Assembly (NCBI GenBank): GCA_013239625.1
Contig: MU053561.1
Location: 3,302,283-3,366,282 of the forward strand
Direction: 5' to 3'
DNA: 64,000 bases
Origin: Lama guanicoe
Lineage: Eukaryota
The notes under the pieces were generated by a model. The model was not told where the DNA came from and did not search any database. It saw only the letters and a program-made list of their open reading frames with translations. How positions within the stretch are numbered: the stretch's first letter is position 1; each line of letters starts with the position of its first letter. Of this stretch, positions 26,160 through 38,872 are shown piece after piece. The position numbers and the translations under genes were made by a program.

Positions 26160-26340
26160 AAAACCCTCCCGCCTAGACTCATAGCTGCGCGGCCAGGCAG
26201 GGGGGCGTGTTCTCTAGGAGGTCGGAGAAAGCAGAGCCAATCAGGAGGTGGTGGGCGGAGCCTCTGCTATGGGGCCAGGGAGAAGGGTGGGGCCAGGAGG
26301 AAGGGCAGGGCCAGGAGGAAGGGCAGGGCCAGGAGAGCCA
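26160..26340. promoter_or_regulatory. Small promoter-like GC element with 18-bp tandem repeat
   Basis: KLF-like GGGGGCGTG (~26201), CCAAT (26237-26241), GC box GGGCGGAG (26253-26260), ~3.5 copies of GGGCCAGGAGGAAGGGCA (26272-26335). Confidence 0.45.
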
Positions 26341-26503
26341 CAGCTTTGGATCACACCAGATGGAACCTATCTGAAGTTACAAAAACTGAAGTGTGAAGGG
26401 AGGACAGCGGGAGTTCACCCGAAAAACAAAAAAGGATATATTAATTAAAATTCAGAAAGTGCCCAACAAATATCAACAAAATACATTGGGAGATGGAGTT
26501 CTC

Positions 26504-28815
26504 TTTTTTTTTTTTAACATTTTTTATTGATTTAGAATCATTTTACAATGTTGTGTCAAATTCCAGTGTTCAGCACAATTTTTCAGTCATTCATGGACAT
26601 ATACACACTCATTGTCACATTTTTTTCTCTGTGATTTATCATAACATTTTGTGTATATTTCCCTGTGCTATACAGTGTAATCTTGTTTATCTATTCTACA
26701 ATTTTGAAATCCCAGTCTATCCCTTCCCACCCTCTACCCCCCTGGTAACCACAAGTCTGTATTCTCTGTCCATGAGTCTATTTCTGTCCTGTATTTATGC
26801 TTTGTTTTTGTTTGTTTGTTTGTTTTTGTTTTTTAGATTCCACATATGAGCGATCTCATATGGTATTTTTCTTTCTCTTTCTGGCTTACTTCACTTAGAA
26901 TGACATTCTCCAGGAGCATCCATGTTGCTGCAAATGGCATTATGTTGTCGGTTTTTATGGCTGAGTAGTATTCCATTGTATAAATATACCACATCTTCTT
27001 TATCCAGTCACCTGTTGATGGACATTTAGGCTGTTTCCATGTTTTGGCTATTGTAAATAGTGCTGCTATGAACATTGGAGTGCAGGTGTCATCCTGAAGT
27101 AGATTTCCTTCTGGATACAAGCCCAGGAGTGGGATTCCTGGGTCATATGGTAAGTCTATTCCTAGTCTTTTGAGGAATCTCCACACTGTTTTCCATAGTG
27201 GCTGCACCAAACTGCATTCCCACCAGCAGTGTAGGAGGGTTCCCCTTTCTCCACAGCCTCTCCAGCATTTGTCATTTTTGGATTTTTGAATGACGGCCAT
27301 TCTGACTGGTGTGAGGTGATACCTCATTGTAGTTTTGATTTGCATTTCTCTGATAATTAGTGATATTGAACATTTTTTCATGTGCTTTTTGATCATTTGT
27401 ATGTCTTCCTTGGAGAATTGCTTGTTTAGGTCTTCTGCCCATTTTTGGATTGGGTTGTTTATTTTTTTCTTATTGAGTCGTATGAGCTGCTTATATATTT
27501 TGGAGATCAAGCCTTTGTCGGTTTCACTTGCAAAAATTTTCTCCCATTCCGTAGGTTTTCTTCTTGTTTTATTTCTGGTTTCCTTTGCTCTGCAGAAGCT
27601 TGTAAGTTTCATTAGGTCCCATTTGTTTATTCTTGCTTTTATTTCTTCTAGGAGAAAATTTTTGAAATGTATGTCAGATAATGTTTTGCCTATGTTTTCC
27701 TCTAGGAGGTTTATTGTATCTTGTCTTATGTTTAAGTCTTTAATCCATTTTGAGTTGATTTTTGTATATGGTGTAAGGGTGTGTTCTAGCTTCATTGTTT
27801 TACATGCTGCTGTCCAGTTTTCCCAACACCATTTGCTGAAGAGACTGTCTTTATTCCATTGTATATTCTTGCCTCCTTTGTCGAAGATGAGTTGACCAAA
27901 AGTTTGTGGGTTCATTTCTGGGCTCTCTATTCTGTTCCATTGGTCTATATGTCTGTTTTGGTACCAATACCATGCTGTCTTGATGACTGTAGCTCTATAG
28001 TATTGTCTGAAGTCTGGGAGAGTTATTCCTCCAGCCTCTTTCTTTCTCTTCAGTAATGCTTTAGCAATTCTAGGTCTTTGATGGTTCCATATAAATTTTA
28101 TTATGATTTGTTCTAGTTCTGTGAAATATGTCCTGGGTAATTGGATAGGGATTGCATTAAATCTGTAGATTGCCTTGGGCAGTGTGACCATTTTAACAAT
28201 ATTGATTCTTCCAATCCAAGAGCATGGAATATCTTTCCATTTTTTAAAGTCTTCTTTAATTTCCTTCATCAATGGTTTATAGTTTTCTGTGTATAATTCT
28301 TTCACCTCCTTGGTTAGATTTATTCCCAGATATTTTATTACTTTGGGTGCTATTTTAAAGGGGATTGTTTCTTTACTTTCTTTTTCTGTTGATTTATCGT
28401 TAGTGTAAAGAAAGGCAACTGATTTTTGAACATTAATTTTGTAACCTGCTACCTTGCTGAATTCTTCGATCAGCTCTAGTAGCTTTTTTGTGGACCTTTT
28501 AGGGTTTTCTATATATAGTAACATGTCGTCAGCATATAATGACACTTTTACCTCTTCTTTTCCAATTTGGATCCCTTTTATTTCTTTCTCTTGCCTGATT
28601 GCTGTGGCTAGGACTTCCAGGACTATATTGAATAGGAGTGGTGATAGTGGGCATCCTTGTCTTGTCCCAGATTTTAGTGGGAAGCTTTTGAGTTTTTCAC
28701 CGTTGAGAACTATGCTGGCTATAGGTTTGTCATATATAGCTTTTATTATGTTGAGATATGTTCCCTCTATACCCACTTTGGCAAGAGTTTTTATCATAAA
28801 TGGGTGTTGAATTTT
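26504..28815 (-). mobile_element. Young 5'-truncated L1 (RT-distal ORF2 + 3'UTR + polyA)
   Basis: Poly-T at 26504; the minus strand encodes continuous ORF2 from [11 protein letters not shown] to the C-terminus. Confidence 0.97.
26833..28815 (-). pseudogene. L1 ORF2p C-terminal ~660 aa (partial reverse transcriptase + C-terminal cysteine-rich domain), no endonuclease
   Basis: [14 protein letters not shown] and [18 protein letters not shown] motifs with no internal stop. The first ~11 aa of the listed ORF come from flank DNA with a GTG start. Confidence 0.92.
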
Positions 28816-29553
28816 CTGACTTTTTAAGTAATTTAATGTGAATTTCACTTTGTATTCCTCTTCAGTGAGTTCACTTCAAACACTGACTGATGCAGGAAGA
28901 AACCTGCGGCTTGTCTTCATCTTAAAGGATGTCTGGGCACCTAACACCTAATGGACCCTGGCACTACATCCTGATCTAGGATTGGCCTCCAGCACCTGGA
29001 CGGAAGGAGCGTCCTCTGGGTCTGGAGTCCTGAGAAGGGGTGGTGGTGAAGGAGGGTGCTTGGCCTATGGTGTCTGCCCCATGGGGTGTTTGCTCCAACT
29101 GCAGAGCCCCATGTAGCCCGTGAAAGCTGGGCCTGAGAATCATCATTAGAGAGAACTGCCAGGGGTGCTGATGAGAAGGCAGGCTTGAGAATCACAGCTA
29201 AAGGGTGAGACGCTGAGGACCAGAACCAGGTCCTACTCATCTTTATATTCCTCCTGCCTAACACATCGCCTGACCTTTGACGCCCTCAAAACTTGTTTAC
29301 TGAATAAATGACAGATAAACTTTGGATAAAATACCCGTATCTGAGTCCTGGCTCTGCCATGTAAAGGCTTTGTGACAGTAAGCAAACCTCAGAACCCTCC
29401 AGACTAGTTTCCTCAGTGAGGCGAATTATTCTTTACGGGGCTGTAGGGAATAAGAGTCAACTAAAGTATGTGAGAGAGCCCTATAAATTAAAGTGCACTA
29501 AAAAATGTAAAAATTCAAGAGGAAGCATTGCTAATATTAGAAATCCTTTTCTT

Positions 29554-30153
29554 AAGGGAACCCTTATCCACTGTTGGTGGGAATGTAAATTGGTGCAGCC
29601 ACAGTGGAAAACAGTATGGAGGGTTCTCAAAAAACTAAAGACAGAACTACCATATGACTCACCTCTCCTGGGTATATATCATCTGAAAAAAAAATCCCAA
29701 AACACTAATTTGAAAAGATACATGCCCTCCAATGTTCATAGCAGCATTATGTATAATTGCTAAGATATGGAAGCAACCCAAGTGTCCATCAACAGATGAT
29801 GGATAAAGAAGACGTGGGATATGTATGTGCTGGAATACGACTCAGCCGTGGATGAACCTGGAGGGTATTCTGCTAAATAAAATAAATCAGACAGAGAAAG
29901 ACAAATACTGTATGATATCACTTATACGTGGAATCTTAAAAAATACAACAAGCTATTAAATAAAGCAAAAAAGAAGCAGACTCACAGGTATAGAGAACAA
30001 ACTGGTGGTTACCAGCAGGGAGAGGGAAGCAGGGAGCAGAGCAGGGTTGGGGCAAAAAGGGGGTCATTATGGGATTGTATGAAATCATGTGTGTGAAACT
30101 TCTGAAAATTGGAAAGCACTATAGAATTTAAAGAATCTTTCATTCAATAAAAT
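29554..30153 (+). mobile_element. 5'-truncated L1 3' end
   Basis: Begins at the zinc-knuckle region ([10 protein letters not shown]), has a 3'UTR and a perfect 13-bp TSD aaatccttttctt (29541-29553 / 30154-30166). Confidence 0.92.
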
Positions 30154-30609
30154 AAATCCTTTTCTTGACCACTTGTTATCTTTCCTTGCTACTCTGTCTC
30201 TCTCCCAGGTTCACACTAACTTGTGGTCTCACACCCTGACCTAAGATGCACTGGTGTGATGGAGGGTAAAGGAGGTAGAAAGATAAATCAGCCTCAAGTC
30301 ACTGACAGTCTACACATCTCTCTCTCACCTAGAAGCAGCAACAGTCCCAAAAGTGTATCTGCAATTACCATGGCAACCTGGAGACTGCCCACCTCACCTC
30401 ACACCCTGGTTTCCAGAACACTGATCATGTGTTAGATGGATCTGTGTGTGTGGGCACGTGCACACTCCAGAGAGGAGTGGGGGTGACCCAGCTATTGAGG
30501 CACTGCATCTCCCAATGGCTTTTAAGTGACCCAGAAGTGCCCATGGAAGATCTGTGTCTACTCCCATTGAAAACAGGAAGTGGGCCTTTTATTTTTTAAT
30601 GCATTGGAC

Positions 30610-30916
30610 CAAGGGTCAGTAAACCATAATCCGAGGGCCAAATCTTGCCTGTTTTAGTCCACAAGCTAAGAATGGCTTTACATTTTTAGATGGTTGAAAA
30701 ATCAGAAGAATATTTCACGACGTGTGAAAATTATATGAAATTCAAATGTCAGTGTCCATAAAATAAAAATGCACTGGATCATCGCCCTCCTTCCTTTGTT
30801 TACACATGATCTGTGGCTGTTTCACAGTTGAAATAGACCTGCAATAGAAACCATACGGCCCACAAAGCCTAAAATAGTTACCGCTGGGTCCTTCACAGAA
30901 AAGTCTGCCCACCCCA
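30610..30916 (+). mobile_element. MER58B-like hAT-Charlie MITE
   Basis: caagggtcagtaaac...gggccaaatc...aagctaagaatggc...ggcccacaaagcctaaaata...ttcacagaaaagtctgcccacccc. Confidence 0.8.
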
Positions 30917-31759
30917 GGTGTAGTCTTTGAGTCAAAAAACTTTCAATGAGACCTGACTCATGCCAGGCTCTGGGCTCATTCTCAGGGGTCCACTGATGAG
31001 CAGTGCATTGCCTCTGTCCTTGTGAGACCCAAGGTTCAGTAGACAAGCACACAGGTTAAGCTCCTAGTCCTCTGTGTTCCTAGAGATGTCAGATTCACCC
31101 TGGGACCCCTTGCTTGTGTAGAGACCCCAGTTCGATGTTTAATATGGCCCCTGCTAGAGGTCCTAGCCATTCATGGGATCCTGAGGGGAGAGGGACACCG
31201 AGGGCACAACTCTGTAGGAGAGTGAGCTGGTCCCTGGAGGCACATCCAGTGGTGTCTGGGAGTGCCCGGCGTATGGGATGGCCCTCACATCCAGGTGCCA
31301 CCTTGCACCAACTCGTTCTGACTGGCTCTTTGCAAACAGGTGTGGGGAGATTCAATCATGACAGGCTGAAGTCCCTTGTGCCTGACTGTGTCTCCAAGAG
31401 TCCCTGGGTCACCTGGTCTCTGTGTAGAGCTGTGTTCTCTGTTCCTTTAGTGGATTGTTTTAGTGTTTCACTACTGCAGTTTTACTGTGGGCACTACATG
31501 CAATCTTGTCTCTCCCTCTTACTACTCTCCCCGCCTCACATGGATGTGAAATGTCTCCTTCCCTGGGTGGACTCACCAAGTCTCTCCTGATGCCACCTTT
31601 GGCCAGAGGCTTTTGACAGGGCAGAGGCAGAGCCAGCAACATTCAGCCCCAAGCATGAAGCAGTAACGGCAAAGTAGTGAATGATAAAATCACGTTCAAA
31701 GTGCCATTGGCTTAAGTGTCAACCTGTTTGGTGCAGAATCAGGACCCCTCAGCTAAGAG

Positions 31760-32120
31760 TGAGGGAGAAGGAGGATAAATTAGAAGTTTGGGATTAACAT
31801 ATACACACTACTAAATATAAAAGAGAGAGGGAGTGTATAGCTCAGTGGTAGAATGTGTACTTGGTATGCACAAGGTCCTGGGTTCAATTCCCAGTACATC
31901 CATCAAAAAATAATAATAATAAATAAATATAAAATAGATAAACAACAGGGACCTACTCTATAGCACAGGGAACTATATTCAATATCTTTTAATAACCTAT
32001 AATGGAAAAGAATATGAAAAAGTATATACGTATATGTATAACTGAATCACTCTGCTGTACACCTGAAACTAACACAACACTGTAAATCAACTATACTTCA
32101 AATGAGAAAAAAAAAAAAAG
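31760..32120 (+). mobile_element. Short L1 3'UTR fragment containing a SINE
   Basis: ggataaattagaagtttgggattaaca...tatagcacagggaactatattcaatatc...tgtacacctgaaactaacacaac...A-tail. Confidence 0.85.
31827..31923 (+). mobile_element. tRNA-derived SINE (Vic-1-like, short form)
   Basis: gtatagctcagtggtagaatg...ggttcaattcccagtac; near-perfect TSD taaatataaaa(g/t)aga. Confidence 0.88.
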
Positions 32121-33458
32121 AGTAACCTGAAAGTTACACAGGTCAAAGGATACTGCCTCATGCCACGCCCAACGCACACGTGGTGCTTGTCTATGGGGAG
32201 GGAAGGCTAACTTGAGGTTTGAAAGTGAGCCTTTGAGATAAGGAAGTAAAAGAAATGCCTCTTGCTCCTGAATGGCAGGGACAAGAGATGGTGGAGGGGA
32301 AAGCCCCCAAGCCAGTAACTGGCAAGGAGAGGAGGTGGAAGCCAGGTAGGTCACATGAAGTGACCTCTCTGCTGGGGAACTGATCTCTGGTCTGAGGCAC
32401 ACAAGGGCTCAATGTGTTGGGTAAAGGTGTGTATGAGTCAGGCTGCTCTGGCAATGGGGTGATTTTGCTTGTTTTGGAAGGGGGCACCCAGAATGACATT
32501 TGTAACCCTAGAGGGAGAGTTGAAATGGACAGTGGAATTTAGAAACAGGGGAAAGATTTCATTTAATGGGGTGAGGGGTGGCAGTGCTCTGAGCTGTGGG
32601 ATTTGCTCTTTTGCACCTGCTTTCTGGGCCTGCGCTGCCCAGCTGGTGTGCCGAGCGGGGACTGAGTGTGTTTATTGAACCAGCGGCTCTGTCTGTGCTG
32701 TCCCAGGCTGGCTGGTGTCCTGAGACAATTCATGCTGGGACAGCCTGCTTGACCTTGGAGCACCCTGGGGAAGCCCCAAATGCCTTGGTGCCCCCACCAA
32801 CACTCTTATCTCACTTTCTAGAAAGTTGCCTATGAGCAGAATGTGTAGAATTTAAATCAAAATGTACTAATGGAAGTTATATTTGGAGTTTGCATTTGTA
32901 CAGTGCTTTACAATGGGAGAAGCTATTTTCAAAGGCATGATCTTCCCTTGGTCTTTACAACACTCCTGGGAGGTGGCAATTATAGTCAGTTTGGCTGTTT
33001 CACAGATGAGGATGGTGGGACTGAGTAGGACTATGTTACGTGACACAGCAGTCCAGCTCTGCGATAGTCCAGTGACCCAACATCATCAGCCAAAGGTCCT
33101 TCCATCCTTCCACTCCGCCCTCCCCACCTCCTGGCCTCAACCTCAGACTGTCCTCCAAGGTTAGAAGACAGCTTCCATATCCTACACCACAAACCCTGGT
33201 AGCGTAAAGGGATCGTGTCTTCCTTGAGTTCATTTTCCAGATTAAGGCCATCTTGACTAGAAGCCCTTCCCTGCAGACTTTCCCTCCTGCCGCATGAGTT
33301 AGAATGGGGTTGGGGTCCACTCCTAATGGCATCGCAGGAAGGCGGATGCATTATCAGGATAAGCTGGGATGAAACGCACTGACTGGTTTCACACTAAATT
33401 CATGGCTGCTGACCTCAAGCAGGCTCTTACTGCCGCCTTACACAGGCCAGACACAGAC

Positions 33459-33646
33459 TAGTGCCTCTCACACCTGAGTGTGCATCGGGGTCACCTGCAG
33501 GGCTTGTTCGAGCACAGATGGCTGGACTTGGCGGCACTGATTCTGGTCCAGGAGGGCTAGAGTGCATCCTGAGAATTTGCAACTCTGACAAGTTCTCACA
33601 TGCTGCTGATGCTGTGGGTCCTGGGACCATACTTTGGGAACCACTG
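33459..33646. mobile_element. MER5A hAT MITE
   Basis: gtgcatcggggtcacctgcagggcttgtt...cctgagaatttgc...tgctgatgctg...ggaccatactttgggaaccactg. Confidence 0.85.
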
Positions 33647-33699
33647 CTCTAGATCATTGACCCTTACTATCCTAGACATCAGCCTTCCTCAAACATCTA

Positions 33700-35470
33700 A
33701 CACTTCCCCCAACTTGGTCCTTCGTCTCCACTGATGCCTTGCTGCCCATTTCACTGAGAATACGTGCTGTTCCCACCATAGCATCTAACGTGGTACTCAT
33801 GCACTTGGTTTCCTTGCTGTTACTCTGGACAGGCTGCCATGCTCCTATTTACTGCTGATCCCTACATCTGTGCCCTAGACCTCATCTCCTCCCATCTATC
33901 CAAGAACATCACTCCAAAAAATGTTCCCCTCATTAACAAGCATGCTCTGATATTGTCCCTCCCAGAACAAAATACAACAAAACAAAAAACATAAAAACTC
34001 CCTTGACCCCAGCCTCTCCTCAACCATGACCTCAATTCTCTGTTTCCCTTGACAGCAAAACCTTTGAGATCTCCATCCTCAGTCTCCTCATTCCCTTTCT
34101 TTCATCCTTCCTTGAACCCAGGACAGTTCAACATTTATTCCCACCTCTCTATTGAAACTGCTCTTGTCAAGGTTCACGATGACTTCCTGGCTCCTAATTC
34201 CAGGGGTGAATCCCAGCTCCCATCTTACTCAGCCTGGTAGCAGCATCTGACACAGGCTGTCATGTCTCTCCTGGAACAACATTCTCCAAGGGTTTCTCTC
34301 TCTTAGTTCTCCTCCCCCCTCTCCAGCTGTTCCCTCTCAGTTTTTTCTGCTGAGTTTTCTTCATTCCACTGACCACTAGAGACTGGAGAGTCCTAGACCT
34401 CAGATCTCTCTACCTACACTCTCACTGGATATAGTTTCAACTAGTGTCAGGATTTTAGATGCCACCTACCTGCCATGACTTCCAGAGTCATATCTCCAGC
34501 CTAGATATCCCCACTGACTTCTAGACACACGAGATCCCATGTCATGTTTCCCCTGATGTATCATGGATATGTCAGAATTACCCTCTCCAAAAACGGGGCT
34601 CCTGTCTCTTCCCCGGCAACACAGCACACACATACCAAGTTTTTCTTCCTACTCATAGCAAGTGGGGACTTCATTCTTTCTGTTCCTCACATCAAACTGT
34701 TGGGGTCATCCTCGACTCTACTCTTTTCTCTCCCATACCACATCCAAACCATCAGCAAATACCACTGAGTTCACCTTCAAAATGTATCCTGAATCTGACC
34801 CCTGACCTCAGCTGCTACTGCCACTGACTCTGGTCCAAGCCACTCTCCTGTCCTGCCTCCACTGCTACAAAAGCATCTTCACTGGTCTCCCTGTGTCTCT
34901 CCTCCCCCACCCCTCAGCATCTATTTTCGACACAGCCAGCCAAAGGATGTCTTTAAGTATAAATCAGAGTGTGTTATTCTTCAGCTCAAAATCTTGCCCA
35001 GCAAAAACCAAAATCCTTACAAAGGCCTGCGAGGGATCTGGGCCTGGATGCTTTTCTGATGTTGTCCCCTCCTCCCTTCTCTCTGGCTTCTCTGCAGCTA
35101 GGCTGGCCTGCCTGCTGTTCCCTGAACACATCAAGCACACGCTCACCTCCACACTGACTCTGACTCTGCTAGGGGTAGCCCTCCTGCAGAAATCTCTGAG
35201 TCTAGCTCTGTCACATTTCTGCTCAGATGTCTTCTGATCAGAAAGGCCTTCCCTGATACCCCTAAATGAAACAGGAACACTTTTTTACCCTCACTTCCAC
35301 TCTAACACGTCTCTTCCCTTTAACCTACCCCAATGTTCTCAGACCATGTATCGTACCTAACATATATAGATATCTGCTGTTCATAGGTCTCCCCACTAGA
35401 ACATATGCAGCACGAAGGCATGAAATTTGAGCCCATAGCAGGCACCCAATTAAATGCTTGATTTAATCAA
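33700..35470 (+). mobile_element. Long L2 fragment
   Basis: attgaaactgctcttgtcaaggttcacgatgac, cagcatctgacacagg, ctccagcctaga, catccaaaccatcagcaaat, ctccccactagaa...caggcacccaattaaatgcttg. Confidence 0.75.
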
Positions 35471-35705
35471 TGGAAAGGGGAGTTCCCATAGAAAACCACA
35501 AATTAGCAACTAAGCTATACTTTGGACTCCTGTGAGTTAGATTAATGGTAGTCAGTCCCATAGACCCCTGTCAGCAATATTTCCAGACTGAGCTTCTGGA
35601 TCTGCAAGGCCAAGAAACAGACTCTAGACTGCATTATCCCTCTGTAGTTGCTGTCATCCTCAGAGACCTGGCAAGCCAGCCTCCCTCAAAAGAGCTCCAT
35701 CTTGA

Positions 35706-35972
35706 AAAGGGAACCCTTGTACACTGTTAATAAGAATGTAAATTGGTGTAGCCACTGTGGAAAACAGTATGGAGGGTTCTCAAAAAACTAAAGACAGAAC
35801 TATAGTATGATATGGCAATTCCACTCCTGGGTATATACCTGAAAAAAACAAAAACACTAACTCAAAAAGACACATGCACCTCCCCCAATGTTCACAGCAG
35901 GGGTTATTTACAATTGCCAAGATATGGAAGCAGCCTAAATGTCCAACAGCAGATGAGTGGATAAAGAAGATA

Positions 35973-36009
<37 letters not shown>

Positions 36010-36440
36010 GGAATACTACAGCCATAAAAAAGAATGAAATTTTGCCATTTGTGACAACATGGATGAACTTGGAAAGTACTATGCTAACTGAAATAAGTCA
36101 AAGACAAATACTGTATGATATCACTTAAATATGGAATCTAAAAATTAAAACAAACTAGTTTATATAACAAAAAAAGCAGACTCACAGATATAGAGAAGAA
36201 ACTAGTGGTTACCAGTGGGGAGGGGGTGGGGCAAGGGCAAGACAGAGGTAGGGGACTGAGGTACAAACTACTGTGTATAAAATAAACAAGCTACAAGGAT
36301 ATACTGTACAACACAGGGAACAGAGCCAATGCTTTACAGTAACTATAAATGGTATAAAACCTTTTAAAATTGTGAATCACTATGCTGTACACTGGAAACA
36401 TACAATATTGTACATCAACTGTATCTCAGTTAAAAAACAA
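35706..36440 (+). mobile_element. 5'-truncated L1 3' end with internal (AT)n
   Basis: aagggaacccttgtacactgtt...ccactcctgggtatata...3'UTR and A-tail; (AT)n at ~35975-36007. Confidence 0.88.
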
Positions 36441-37921
36441 GCAAATAGCTGCCCCTCCTCTCAGATTCTCCAAGTCCCAGGTCCTTTAAAGTATTTAAAG
36501 AAACTGGTGGTAAATTCTTTTTGCAAGTAGATAATCCCTCCCTGATTGCTTAAGTTCACAACCATTAATTTTTGTAACATTGTTTTCCCCAAAGCTGGCC
36601 ACACATGTACGCACCCACAAAGAAACCCGCCCGGCAGAGCTCCCCCTCTCCATCCTGCCACAAGGTAGCACTCTCAGGAAAAGCCACCTGACCCAGCAGA
36701 CTAGGATCACTTTGATGATTGCACGCAGTCACGGTACAACCACCTGTACCTTGACTTGATTATTCTATCCAGAGAGGTTACTCTTTTACCGGCATTGATG
36801 TGACTTTCTTCTTTCATATATGCTCAAACTTTTCTCATCCCCAGACAATGGTGTTCTTTTGTTAACGACAGAAAAATATAGCACGTTGTGAAAACAGCAA
36901 AAATGTCTATGAGGAATTGTCTGGCTTGGGCCTTGCCAGCTTGGCGCTGAATACCTGCCTGCACTCCTGAGAGACCTGAAGTGACCTCCCAGGTGATTTT
37001 TTTTCTTTTCTATGAAAGACCGCACTTCAGGTTTTGGAAAAATCCAACAGATCATGAGATTGGCAAAAGGAGACAGAAAGACTTAAATGAGAGAGAAAGA
37101 TGAAATGAGATAGGGCAGCAACCTGACCCTCATTGCACCCCTTGCCTGGAAAGGATTAAATTGAACTAATAGGATTAGAAGCTAAGGCAAGGGGTCTGGG
37201 ATGTTGGGAAGGGGTGGGAAGGCTTTCAGTATCATGCCAGTGGAAATGCACAGGTGGAGCTGGTTTAGAGCAAGCCACCTGAAAACAAGGCAAATTCCAG
37301 ACCCACTGGGTGGAATCTTTGCCGAAGGAATCATTAACTCTCCACATTGTAAAAAAGGAAGAAAAATCTCCTTAGGCAAGAAACTCAGAGTCAACCGGTG
37401 GCATTTAGTTTTGACAGCAGTGTGAAGAGGGTAATCAATAACTGAATTCAAAATGGAAACTTTATCGAGTCTGGAACTGGGCCAAATGCTGTGAAAATGG
37501 CCTGGGGCCATCCATTGGTAAGTGTGAAGGAAATTTAAAGTAGTAGGTATTCCTGATAGTTAAGGGATCAGAGTTTGTTCTCTTTACCTGTGCTTGAGTT
37601 GGGTATTTCAATATTTTTTAATAGATGTAGAACTAGCCATATGTAAAAGTGCTTCGTAAACTGCAAAAGGCAAAACAAAAACCAACCCAAAAAATCCCAC
37701 CAAGAAACCCAGACCTGTTGTGTTTGTTATCTAGCTGTTACTATCCAAATTCATAGTTTATATATTAAAAAGCTCAGGAAAGTTCCTATGTTACCAATGT
37801 CTCAGCTAGTGTCCATCTCCAGTGAGTCATTATAGCTGCTATGCCTGGGGACCTCTGCTCATCTTGTGAGCTGGCAAGATTTAGGTGTTTAAAAGGAATT
37901 AACACTCAGAACTTAGTTCAA

Positions 37922-38085
37922 GGGAGGAGGGTATAACTCAGTGGTAGAGTGCACGGCTAGCACGTACAAGGTCCTGGATTCAATCTCCTGTACCTTCATG
38001 AAAAAAAAAAAGCCTAATTACCTCCCCTCAAATATATGTAAATGAATGAATGAATGAATAAAGCAAGCCAGCAAGCAAGCAAGCA
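37922..38085 (+). mobile_element. tRNA-derived SINE (Vic-1-like) with (AATG)n/(AAGC)n tail
   Basis: gggtataactcagtggtagag...cctaattacctccc; TSD aact(t/g)agttcaa (37910-37921 / 38086-38097). Confidence 0.9.
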
Positions 38086-38099
38086 AACTGAGTTCAAAA

Positions 38100-38665
38100 G
38101 CAGAGCTTGTCAAACCATACTGTACCTTCAAATCACCTGGGCAATCATGTTAATACGCAGATTCTGATTCTCTGGGTCTAGGGTGTGGCTTGAAAGCCTG
38201 CATATCTTACAAGCTCCTAGGTGAAGCCAATACTGCAGGTCCCCGGGCTGCACTTTGAGTAGCAGGGCTTTGGGCTATGCAATTTTCCAAGGAGGTGGAT
38301 TCAGGTGTAACTGGCTAAGTCGACTGTCTGGAGTAGTGGTTGTCAAAGTATGGTCCAGGGACAAGCAGCATGGGCATCACTTGGGAGCTTGTTAGAGACA
38401 CTAGTTCTTGGGCCCCATCCCCAGAATTTCTAAACCAGATCCTCTGGGGGCAGGGCCCAGTAATCTGCATTTTGATAAGCCCTCCATGTAATTCTGATGC
38501 TCACTAGAGTTTGAGAACCACTGCTCCAGCACATTAAAATCACCTGAAGAGTTAAAAAAAAAAAATACCCAAGCTCCCATTCCAGAAAGTCTAACTTGGT
38601 CATTCTGGGGAAGGCCCCAGACATCCATGGAGACTTTACTGTGCAAGTCAGTGTTGACAGCCAGG
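38100..38665. mobile_element. Cluster of three MER5-family MITEs
   Basis: Three blocks with aatcacctgg/catcacttgg, gattctgattc/aatctgcatttt and cactttgagtagc/gtttgagaaccactg motifs at ~38100-38265, ~38333-38523 and ~38525-38665. Confidence 0.7.
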
Positions 38666-38872
38666 CTAGAGAGTTAGCTGTAAAGCATCTCAGTGACCTA
38701 CCACAGGCTTGTTGCAGGTCTGGACATCTATCTAAACAGGAGACCTGGGTCTCCAGTGTGACTAGGTCAGAGTGTGGATGAGACAGACTTAAGTCCTCAC
38801 TCCTCACCCTGACACTTACCCTGATCCCTGGCTATCTATCCTGTGTCTCTCCTTTTGCTCACAATGTGCTCT

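Noticed and set aside
27335..28810. Hydrophobic plus-strand ORFs (186, 65, 118 aa), and likewise 52110-52652
   Set aside because: These are antisense shadows of A-rich L1 ORF2.
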